Part shown: positions 40,201 to 52,200 of the stretch, piece after piece
Layout of the letters: each line of letters opens with the position of its first letter
How positions within the stretch are numbered: position 1 is the first letter of the stretch
Origin: Lingula anatina
Taxonomy: Eukaryota > Animalia > Brachiopoda
Direction of reading: 5' to 3'
Length of the DNA: 64,000 bases
NCBI GenBank assembly: GCA_051362555.1
Contig: CM120642.1
Coordinates: forward strand, 34,162,001-34,226,000
Notes under the pieces: model-generated
What the model was told of the DNA's origin: nothing
What the model saw: only the letters and a program-made list of their open reading frames with translations
Databases searched by the model: none
Made by a program: the position numbers and the translations under genes

Positions 40201-43200
40201 ATTTAACTTCATGCAATTTTTATGAAGATTTTCATCAACACTGAATGTTGTCCTCTACCCAGGTTTGGAGAAGGGGAAGTGTGATAGCATCAATTTTATA
40301 CAACATTGGGAAAAATAAATAAATCACAATCAAATCAATCATCTAAAAATGACAGACACCAGTACAGGCAGGAAGAATCTGTGCATGCTGGAAATAAACT
40401 TCTAAATGACTAAACTGTGCTACAACATTGCTGTTCCATATACATACTAGCTTTGGTACAATCTCACTGTTTCTATAGGAAAATCTTTACTAAAATCCAT
40501 AAATTTGGGACAACAGCCAAACAGCTTCAAATCTGCTATAAATTCTCTAAAGATACAATCGTGAAATTTTGGTCAATTAATTTGTAATTCAATGTTTTTA
40601 CAACAAATCTTGAAATTCAGGTACGTTTTTCTATTTGTAATTCCATGTTTTTACAACAAATCTTGAAATTCAGGTATGTTTTTCTATTTGTAATTCCATG
40701 TTTTGTTCATCATATCTCACCATACCAAAGAAAGCTGGCAATGTTATATGGCGAGTATGAACACTTTCAACAAATAGCCACTCCAAGCCAAAAGCTTTAT
40801 TGTGGGACTATACATATCTTTTTATCCAAGCTGCTAATTCCCTCCAAGGCTATTAGATATATATGGTTAAGGCACAGCAATGTTAGGCCATATCAGACCA
40901 TATTGCAAACTTTCAAAGGAAAGATGGATCACAAGGAAGACAACATCTGGGACATGCAAAATAAGCTGACTGAAAGCATGAAATGATAACAAAATATGAT
41001 CAATACACAGGACAGGTGAAGGGGCTAGCTATGGATACACCAATGGTAAGAATGTGCCTATAGACTGGTTTATTGAAATACACAGGACAGGTGAAGGGGC
41101 TAGCTATGGATACACCAAAGGTAAGAATGTGCCTATAGACTGGTTTATTGAAATAAACTCTGGGGAAAAAAACATTAATTTAGGGCAATATTTGAAAAAA
41201 ACTTTTGTCCATTTATTCTATGAGTATACTTTAGTAAGTATTACTTCCACTGCCCTGAGAATTATCAGATGCCTGGCAAAACATCAACCTTAATATGAGC
41301 AGTTATAATCAAAGGAGATCAAGTTCAGTGTATTAAAGATGAATTATCTTATATAGATCATTTTAAAAGAAAGTTAAAATGTAAATCACTGAATTTAGGG
41401 ATATCAAGAATGTTATCAGTCTTCATGACCAAAAAACTTATGTGAAATTGATGTATCATCATCACTGTCTTTGGCCTTGGTCAGAATGGCGGCAGCAGCA
41501 ACATTCTTAGAACAGTTGCCTCTGTCTCATTAGTATTTAATTTGTTTACAGGCCAGTATCATTTGTGATGGTGACGGAATAGGTAACATTTGGTTACAGG
41601 CCAGTATCATTTGTGATGGTGACGGAATAGGTAACATTTGGTTACAGGCCAGTATCATTTGTGATGGTGACGGAATAGGTAACATTTGGTTACAGGCCAG
41701 TATCATTTGTGATGGTGACGGAATAGGTAACATTTGGTTACAGGCCAGTATCATTTGTGATGGTGACGGAATAGGTAACATTTGGTTACAGGCCAGTATC
41801 ATTTGTGATGGTGACGGAATAGGTAACATTTGGTTACAGGCCAGTATCATTTGTGATGGTGACGGAATAGGTAACATTTGGTTACAGGCCAGTATCATTT
41901 GTGATGGTGACGGAATAGGTAACATTTGGTTACAGGCCAGTATCATTTGTGATGGTGACGGAATAGGTAACATTTGGTTACAGGCCAGTATCATTTGTGA
42001 TGGTGACGGAATAGGTAACATTTGGTTACAGGCCAGTATCATTTGTGATGGTGACGGAATAGGTAACATTTGGTTACAGGCCAGTATCATTTGTGATGGT
42101 GACGGAATAGGTAACATTTGGTTACAGGCCAGTATCATTTGTGATGGTGACGGAATAGGTAATATTTGGTTACAGGCCAGTATCATTTGTATAGTGATAA
42201 AAAAGGTTATATTTGATTTGCCACTGCTAGGCTTCCCACCAGATGGTGCCTAAAATATTAGCTTCAAGACTGGCTGGTCTTCTGGTTTAAAGAGAGAAAA
42301 CACATATTACATGATGTATTGTAGAGAGAGTTCATATGTCATGGATTATCATTAAAAGAGAAGATACTTCAAATAAAGTACTATAGGCATATTCCACCAG
42401 AGATGTTTCAAAATACTGAACCTAACCTAGCATATTGTGAGTGACTTGGAAAATAAAAGTTGGTCTTCCCAACATGCTCCAGTTTGTACTAAGGTAGTCG
42501 ACTTCTGTGCGGAAAATATCCAGCAACAACTCGTTGTCTAATGCCAGGTAAAACTGGAGCTGATCCATGAACTGCAAGAGTAAGAAAACAGTGAACATTC
42601 AGTAAGACTGCATCAAAGTCCACTGGAGTCTCTAGTTGTCCCCCCAGCAGGTACTAGCTGGAGTCTCCAGTGCTCCCCCCCCCCCCGGCAGGTACTAGCT
42701 GGAGTCTCCAGTGGTCCCCCCAGCAGGTGCTAGCTGGAGTCTATAGCTGGGTTTTCTAGTTGAGTTATGGGCAACATAGTAACATGAAAAGAGATGCATT
42801 TTAGCAACTTTTTTTCTTCTTTATAATGGGGAAAATAATTATCAAATTTTAACAAACACAAAAAAAATCAACTTGACAATGAAAAATGCAAGCATGTACA
42901 TAAAACAGGCTAAACTTAAATTAAAACTCATTTGTAGAGAGGTTGATGGCATTATGGTCATTTGGCCTTTTCTACATCATATTCAGTCAAGTATCTGGTA
43001 GGAGTTTTGATTATAAAAATAGTCTGTTACAGTGTCCTATGACAAAGATAGTCTGCTAAAACAAATAAGACAAGTTAGCAAATCAATAATATTTTACATT
43101 AAGATTAAAACTTTCATCTATCCAAAGTTACATCAAAATAATGCAATAAATCATTAAAGAACTTCCTTTAATTTTTTCATACTGACAATTTTACTCCATC

Positions 43201-46200
43201 AAAAAACAAAGTATCTAAAAGTAGTATATAAAATTGTTCAGGGTTTCATTCTATCAATAAGCCATTTTAGTGATGAACTATTCTCTTACCTGTGGCATGA
43301 AGGCATAAATATGGTCTCCAAGACGATACAGTTTACTGGTTGCTAGGAGACCAACTTCAGAGGAAGGTCTGCCAGTCAAGCCCAACTTCTTATTCTTTCC
43401 TGAAATTACAAAAGATATGAAATGTACCAATAAAATCCAAATAAAAACATATCAATGACAAGTTTACCTTCTCAATGGGAGTCATCCATAATCTTCCCAA
43501 TGTCTCACTACGTAATGTAAAATCAAAGAAAAATTTACCAATTTGGAAGAGAGTGAGATCAGACATAACTGAAGACTTGGGAATCTATGACATAAACTTA
43601 CTCACCTTACAAAGAATACACATGACTGAGTACCCTAGCTGGGTGGACCTGTATGGGTGACACCTGTCCTATAGTCTATCACATTAACTTACTCACCTAA
43701 CAAAGAATACACATGACTGAGTAGGCTAGCTGGGTGGACCTGTATGGGTGACACCTGTCCTATAGTCTATCACATTACCTTACTCACCTAACAAAGAATA
43801 CACATGACTGAGTACCCTAGCTGGGTGGACCTGTATGGGTGACACCTGTCCTATAGTCTGGACATGGAGGTCGTGTTCAGCCAGCCTCTCCTGGATGATA
43901 AAATCCTCGGCCAGAATGACCACTTGGACGACCAGGTCTGGTTTGGGGAGAGTGACCAGCCGACGATTTAGAGGGTCCAGTTCACCAGGGGTCAGGAAGT
44001 TCTGAAATGATAGGTTGTGATGTAAACTTTGTATTTGTATTTAGAGGGTCCAGTTCACCAGGGGTCAGGAAGTTCTGAAATGATAGGTTGTGATGTAAAC
44101 TTTGTATTTTTATTTAGAGGGTCCAGTTCATCAGGAGTCAGGAAGTTCTGAAATGATAGGTTGTGATGTAAACTTTGTATTTGTATTTAGAGGGTCCAGT
44201 TCACCAGGAGTCAGGAAGTTCTGAAATGATAGGTTGTGATGTAAACTTTGTATTTTTATTTAGAGGGTCCAGTTCACCAGGGGTCAGGAAGTTCTGAAAT
44301 GATAGGTTGTGATGTAAACTTTGTATTTTTATTTAGAGGGTCCAGTTCATCAGGAGTCAGGAAGTTCTGAAATGATAGGTTGTGATGTAAACTTTGTATT
44401 TGTATTTAGAGGGTCCAGTTCACCAGGAGTCAGGAAGTTCTGAAATGATAGGTTGTGATGTAAACTTTGTATTTTTATTTAGAGGGTCCAGTTCATCAGG
44501 AGTCAGGAAGTTCTGAAATGATAGGTTGGGATGTAAACTTTGTATTTGTATTTAGAGGGTCCAGTTCACCAGGAGTCAGGAAGTTCTGAAATGATAGGTT
44601 GTGATGTAAACTTTGTATTTTTATTTAGAGGGTCCAGTTCATCAGGAGTCAGGAAGTTCTGAAATGATAGGTTGTGATGTAAACTTTGTATTTGTATTTA
44701 GAGGGTCCAGTTCATCAGGAGTCAGGAAGTTCTGAAATGATAGGTTGTGATGTAAACTTTGTATTTTTATTTAGAGGGTCCAGTTCATCAGGTGTCAGGA
44801 AGTTCTGAAATGATAGGTTGTGATGTAAACTTTGTATTTGTATTTAGAGGGTCCAGTTCATCAGGAGTCAGGAAGTTCTGAAATGATAGGTTGGGATGTA
44901 AACTTTGTATTTGTATTTAGAGGGTCCAGTTCATCAGGAGTCAGGAAGTTCTGAAATGATAGGTTGTGATGTAAACTTTGTATTTGTATTTAGAGGGTCC
45001 AGTTCATCAGGAGTCAGGAAGTTCTGAAATGATAGGTTGTGATGTAAACTTTGTATTTTTATTTAGAGGGTCCAGTTCATCAGGAGTCAGGAAGTTCTGA
45101 AATGATAGGTTGGGATGTAAACTTTGTATTTGTGATCCCTTCCTAAATATTAAGTGTAATAAATGATAACAATATTTACATCAATTCCCCATGTTGATCT
45201 TTTGTGGTAACAATTAGACAATAATGAACAGCACTGAACTGTCTGCAGCAAACATGACCACCACAGGTATTGGTAATTTAATTTTATATGATAGCACTTT
45301 ATCTTCAAATTATTTTCACTTGCTCTTCTTCACTTCAGTCTAAACATCACTTACCTCCATCAGAAGTCTCCCCAGTATATACAGTGACTGTCCCCACCTA
45401 TGGGGCACCTGTCCTACTATCTTTCTCTCCTGGCTGTGGGGTTTCTTATACTCTGCATCCACTTTGTCTGCTGGCACCAAGTAGGACTCTGGCATACACA
45501 GAATACCATCTGGCTGACGGACCATAATACGGTCTAGAGCATCTCGATATTTATCAACCTGTCAGTGAAAAAATAGTATAACATATATTTATACTGTGCA
45601 GCTTTTGAACTAGGGAAATTTAAATAAATGTTAAAGAACCTAATGCCTTATGCCAACTTAACAACTGACTAACCCGTTTGGTTTACATTATATAACCCAT
45701 CTAGGATGAGGTAGACTAACCTGTGCTTGGTTTTCATTATATAACCCATCTAGGATGAGGTAGACTAACCTGTGCTTGGTTTTCATTATATAACCCATCT
45801 AGGATGAGGTAGACTAACCTGTGCTTGGTTTTCATTATATAACCCATCTAGGATGAGGTAGACTAACCTGTGCTTGGTTTTCATTATATAACCCATCTAG
45901 GATGAGGTAGACTAACCTGTGCTTGGTTTTCATTATATAACCCATCTAGGATGAGGTAGACTAACCTGTGCTTGGTTTACATTATATAACCCATCTAGGA
46001 TGAGGTAGACTAACCTGTGCTTGGTTTTCATTATATAACCCATCTAGGATGAGGTAGACTAACCTGTGCTTGATTTTCATTATATAACCCATCTAGGATG
46101 AGGTAGACTAACCTGTGCTTGGTTTTCATTATATAACCCATCTAGGATGAGGTAGACTAACCTGTGCTTGGTTTTCATTATATAACCCATCTAGGATGAG

Positions 46201-49200
46201 GTAGACCAACCTGTGCTTGGTTTTCATTATATAACCCATCTAGGATGAGGTAGACTAACCTGTGCTTGGTTTTCATTATATAACCCATCTAGGATGAGGT
46301 AGACTAACCTGTGCTTGGTTTTCATTATATAACCCATCTAGGATGAGGTAGACTAACCTGTGCTTGGTTTCCATTAAACAACCCATCTAGGATGAGGTAA
46401 GCAAAGAACATTGGCCATTCACATTCTATGTGCTCAAACACCTTCAGCTCCCAGGGCTCATAGTGCAGACGGTTTGGATCCTGCAACAAATATGGTTCCA
46501 GTCCATCAGCAAGTAAGTGGCAAACCATGTAAGTAATGCAATATATCTACATAAACAACATATATGACATGACATGGAGGGTCAAGTGAGTTGACTGTGT
46601 TAGGTGAGACAGATGACTGTGTTAGATGAGACAGGTATGGGGTTTAAACCAGCAATTGTGTTGGAGATGACTCAGATGACTGCTAATTGTGATGAATGTG
46701 AGATGATTGTGTTAGGTGTGACAGCTGCTGTGACTGCCAATTGTGCAAAAATGTAAGTTGTGATTACATTAGGTGTGACAGCACTGACAACACCATAGAT
46801 GTCTATGTAAAGTCTGTCCCCCTCTTTTTAAAGCATAAGCCATCATAAATCAACACTTGAAGAGTAAAATGAATAGGAAATATGATTGTCTTCTGTGTGT
46901 TTTCCTATATTTCAACTTACACTAATCAATCAAGGTACGTGGTTAAGAACACATCTGTGCATATAATTTATGTGAGATAGAGGATTTGACTTAGAACAAC
47001 ATTTGTACATTGATTCTTTTTTAAGCACCAGAGAGCAAAAGTCACAATGAACAGTGTCACACTATATTATATAGACATCAATGCATGTAGTTAGAAGCTC
47101 TGGGGATGTATTTCACATGACAGTTGAACAGTTGCAGCTCATTCAGAAAGCTACACACAATTATTACTTAGACTTAGGGTTCAACAAGTTGTGAGAATAA
47201 AAATTGATAACTGTCATGATTCTTCATTTTTTACTTGCTTAACAAAAAAAAAATAATGCATTTCATAAATAATCACTGGTAAATAATTGTTAAACATCAA
47301 GGAAGTGGATAATAAAACTTACAACAAATACTTAACAAATACATAAATTCAATGCAGCCCTCATGTTATCACACCACATCATTACTTGATAAGAAAGCAA
47401 TGTAGCACATGTCACATACTCCTACAACATTCAGCAAGCTTACACAGACAAAGTGAAACAAGATATGGACTTAAACACTTCTATTAACTGGAGTAGGCAA
47501 GTAGTTAAATACTGAAATATAGCAAAAATAACAAAAATTAGTTCCTCTAAAAATTAAATTAAAATTTCATAACATTGTCCTAGTTAGATATCAATTAATA
47601 ATAAAAACTGATGACAAAAAAACTACTTTAACTGTAAATTTAAGTACTAAAATAAATATGAAAAATGAAGAAAATAATTTGAACTTGATTAAAATCTACG
47701 ATTCAGAAGCAGTGTGCACTGCAAGCCAGAGCACAGCAGCTGCAGCTCTTTATATCTAGATAAATGACACAGCCAAAGGTAGGACAGAGATCATGCATAG
47801 CTATGCCTCCTGGTGAAGAAATATCCCTCCTCCCTTTTTTCAAAAAAAAGGAGGCAAAGATCCTTTTCCAACTTGCTTCAAAAAGGCAATGAAAAGCTGA
47901 AGCCAAAATCTCACAGAACCCAGCTGCCAGGAATGTCCAACCTGGTTAGGGAAACTTTGAGCACACTTCAAAGTATTCCAAATTCAGGGAAGCCATCCCA
48001 GTCTAGAGGAAAGCCATCCCAGTTTGGAGAGAAGCCATCCCAGTCTGGAGGGAAGCCATCCCAGTCTAGAGGGAAGCCATCCCAGTCTAGAGGAAAGCCA
48101 TCCCAGTTTGGAGAGAAGCCATCCCAGTCTGGAGGGAAGCCATCCCAGTCTAGAGGGAAGCCATCCCAGTTTGGAGAGAAGCCATCCCAGTCTGGAGGGA
48201 AGCCATCCCAGTCTGGGCTCCAAAGTCAAAGCCTTGACTTTATACTGCACACAGCAGTTAATACACACATACCACGTTCCTCATACACACATACCACATG
48301 TTCCTCATACACACATACCATGTTCCTCATACACACATACCACATGGTCCTCATACACACATACCATGTTCCTCATACACACATACCATGGTCCTCATAC
48401 ACACATACCACATGGTCCTCATACACACATACCACGTTCCTCATACACACATACCATGTTCCTCATACACACATACCATGTTCCTCATACACACATACCA
48501 CATGTTCCTCATACACACATACCACATGTTCCTCATACGCACATAACACATGTTCCTCATACGCACATACCACATGTTCCTCATACACACATACCATATG
48601 TTCCTCATACACACATACCATATGTTCCTGATACACACATACCATGTTCCTTATACACACATACCACATGTTCCTCATACACACATACCACATGTTCCTC
48701 ATATACATATACCACGTTCCTCACACACACATACCATGTTCCTCATACACACATACCATGTTCCTCATACACACATACCACATGTTCCTCATACACACAT
48801 ACCACATGTTCCTCACACACATATACCATGTTCCTCACACACACATACCACATGTTCCTCATACACACATACCATGTTCCTCACACACACATACCATGTT
48901 CCTCATACACACATACCATGTTCCTCAAACACACATACCACGTTCCTCATACACACATACCACGTTCCTCATACACACATACCATGTTCCTCATACACGC
49001 ATACCACGTTCCTCATACACACATACCACGTTCCTCATACACACATACCACATGTTCCTCATACACACATACGATGTTCCTCATACACACATACCACCTT
49101 CCTCATACACACATACCACGTTCCTCATACACACATACCACGTTCCTCATACACACATACCATGTTCCTCATACACACATACCACGTTCCTCATACACAC

Positions 49201-52200
49201 ATACCATGTTCCTCATACACACATACCATGTTCCTCATACACGCATACCATGTTCCTCATACACACATACCACGTTCCTCATACACACATACCACATGTT
49301 CCTCATACACACATACCATGTTCCTCATACACACATACCATGTTCCTCATACACACATACCATGTTCCTCACACACACATACCACATGTTCCTCACACAC
49401 ACATACCATGTTCCTCACACACACATACCACATGTTCCTCATACACACATACTATGTTCCTCATACACACATACCATGTTCCTCACACACACATACCATG
49501 TTCCTCACACACACATACCACATGTTCCTCACACACACATATCTACTTTATATCTTAGTGCACTCATACAGTGACACAAACTGTTGAACATATAGAAATT
49601 TAAAGTTTAGAAATCCAATGATAAAGCTTATAACATTACTCCATATTCCACTTCATATTGATCAAGGTCCTCTTCACTAGATTGGAACTGTTTCTTCACA
49701 TTCAAGTTGCAGGCAGCCACATTGGGTGAGGTTGGTGGGGTGCCTGGGGTCAGATCATCATCAGAATGGATTAAAATATGCTGCTCCTTTAACTCAGGTT
49801 TGAGACTCTTGGTAGCTTTTTCTTTGTGTAATCCATAACCAGAAGTCACTTCACTATAACTGCCGCTATTTGTCAAACGTGAGTCTTTAGGGTGCAGTAG
49901 AGGAGGGGTACAAGGATGAAATAGTATATTTGTACTCTTGCTTCCATAGCTGGGTACCCTTCTCTCCAGAAGGCTAGGAACAGTCTCCCCCAGATTAAAT
50001 GAACTGCTCAATTTCTTATCTTCATCACATGATTCTCTGGGATTTGGACAACTCACAAGAGTGGGAGCCCCATAACATGGTCTATGGTTTGCCATCATAT
50101 CTTCATCACATGATTCTCTGGGATTTGGACTACTCACAAGAGTGGGAGCCCCATGATATGTTCTATGGTTTGCTATCTTGGGCTCAACAAGTGAAGTATC
50201 AAAGTCATGAGATGTTGACTTCACAGGTTCACTAGTTCTGTTTGTAAATATTCTATCAATACTGGAGTTATCACCTTTGATAAAGGACGGATCTGAGTGG
50301 GACAGTCTACAAACTGTGTTATTTGCACTATCAGCCAATTTTGACCCGCTGTATGTCTGCCCATCACAGCAAGTGCCATGTGAGGAGCCACCTTTGTTGG
50401 CTGTTTGTGCATCTCTGGACAGACAGACTGAATCACTGGGGATACCTTGGTAAATTGGCTTCTTTCTTTCTCCAGTGCCTGTCATTTCACACTCTGGGGG
50501 AATTATTTTGATGAGGGGAGGATTACAACTTTGAGTCTGACTAGTGTAGTCATAATCTCCAATTTTCTGTAATGAGAGCTTGCTTTTTTGTCTGGATCTC
50601 CAGTTTAAATCTGGTGCTGACAGACATCGAGGTGTTCCTGATACTGAGCTACTGGCCAAGGTGGGCGGGCTATTGGCCAAGGTGGGCGGGCTATTGGCCA
50701 AGGCGGGTGGTCTACTAGCCAAGGTGGGTGGCCTATTGGGTGAGGTAGGCGGGCTATTGGCCAAGGTGGGTGGGCTATTGGGTTCAGAGGAAATGTCTGA
50801 CAGGTGAGATGAAGAAAACATGGTAGAGAGCTGAAATACTTTCTGTACAGGATCTTTTGGAACAGGTGCCCATTTTAGAGCCAGGTTATCAGACATGGAG
50901 GTGAGATACTGTGTGTAGTCAAGCCTGCCTTTTAGGTCAGGGCGACGCCGACATTCATCTACAACCATATCATGTAAGGAGTCACCAAAAGATTCTTCTG
51001 CATTTAATTCTAGTTTCCCTTCCTGGACCAACTTTGCCTCTAACTTCCAAATTTCTGTCCTCAATTTCTGACTCTCCTGGGTCTCTTCCTCCTCCTCATC
51101 TGTCTCAGATACAATGCTATATTTCCTCAAATTTTTCACAGTCTCCGAGTTGATAGTCTTCTGCAAGTACTGCCCAAGTCCTATCTGTTCATAGCCAGGC
51201 TGGGCACTCTTGCTGGAAGACCTCTTGAAACATGGCTTTTCTTTTATTGTGGCATTCTCCTCTAGCTGAGGAGTAGACATGATAATACTGCCATGCTGGT
51301 CACTCATGCTATCCACCACACTGTGGTCTAGACTGACCCTGTGCTTTAGACATACCTCTTTTGCTGTCCTGTACCCATCTCTTATAAACCTGGCAAAGCC
51401 ATAGTGACCCTGGACAAAGAAAAAAAAGGTTTGCCATTAATGTCCATTTTATATTCCTTCACTGGTAAAATATTTTTGCTCAGCACAAATTAAAAAGATA
51501 ACAACTGATTTATTATAAAAATGAGTTATTAAGAATATTTTGCTATACAGCACAGCTGACAAAATGTATGAAGACCTCATAGTTTGTTTCATTGCTAAAC
51601 AGCTCGTAAAAATTGATGACATGAAAAGCAGGCATATAAAAATAAAGAAGATAACATAAATATGATAATAAGTTGTAAATAAAATGCATATCTTTTTAAA
51701 TTCTTTTATTAGTCAGGAATGATTATCAACCAGAAGAAAACAAACTTAATTATCACAAATGGTTGCATATAGGATCATGGATATATAAGGCTGCCTGGTT
51801 AAGGTAATGAACTGTGAACTGCATAGATATTTAAGGTAATGAACTGTGAACTGCATAGATATTTAAGGTATTGAACTGTGAACTGCATAGATATTTAAGG
51901 TAATGAACTGTGAACTGCATAGATATTTAAGGTATTGAACTGTGAACTGCATAGACATTTAAGGTAATGAACTGTGAACTGCATAGATATTTAAGGTAAT
52001 GAACTGTGAACTGCATAGATATTTAAGGTATTGAACTGTGAACTGCATAGATATTTAAGGTAATGAACTGTGAACTGCATAGATATTTAAGGTAATGAAC
52101 TGTGAACTGCATAGATATTTAAGGTATTGAACTGTGAACTGCATAGACATTTAAGGTAATGAACTGTGAACTGCATAGATATTTAAGGTAATGAACTGTG

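Noticed and set aside
41530-42186. 218-aa repeat ORF on the PHKA strand
   Set aside because: Perfect 48-bp repeat with no convincing splice sites linking it to PHKA.
47813-48260. Plus-strand ORF with RRQRSFS as a nested antisense gene
   Set aside because: Short unique part, no supporting exons, and it runs into repeats.
48024-49587. His/Thr-rich ORFs up to 516 aa
   Set aside because: Minisatellite translations, open in all three frames.
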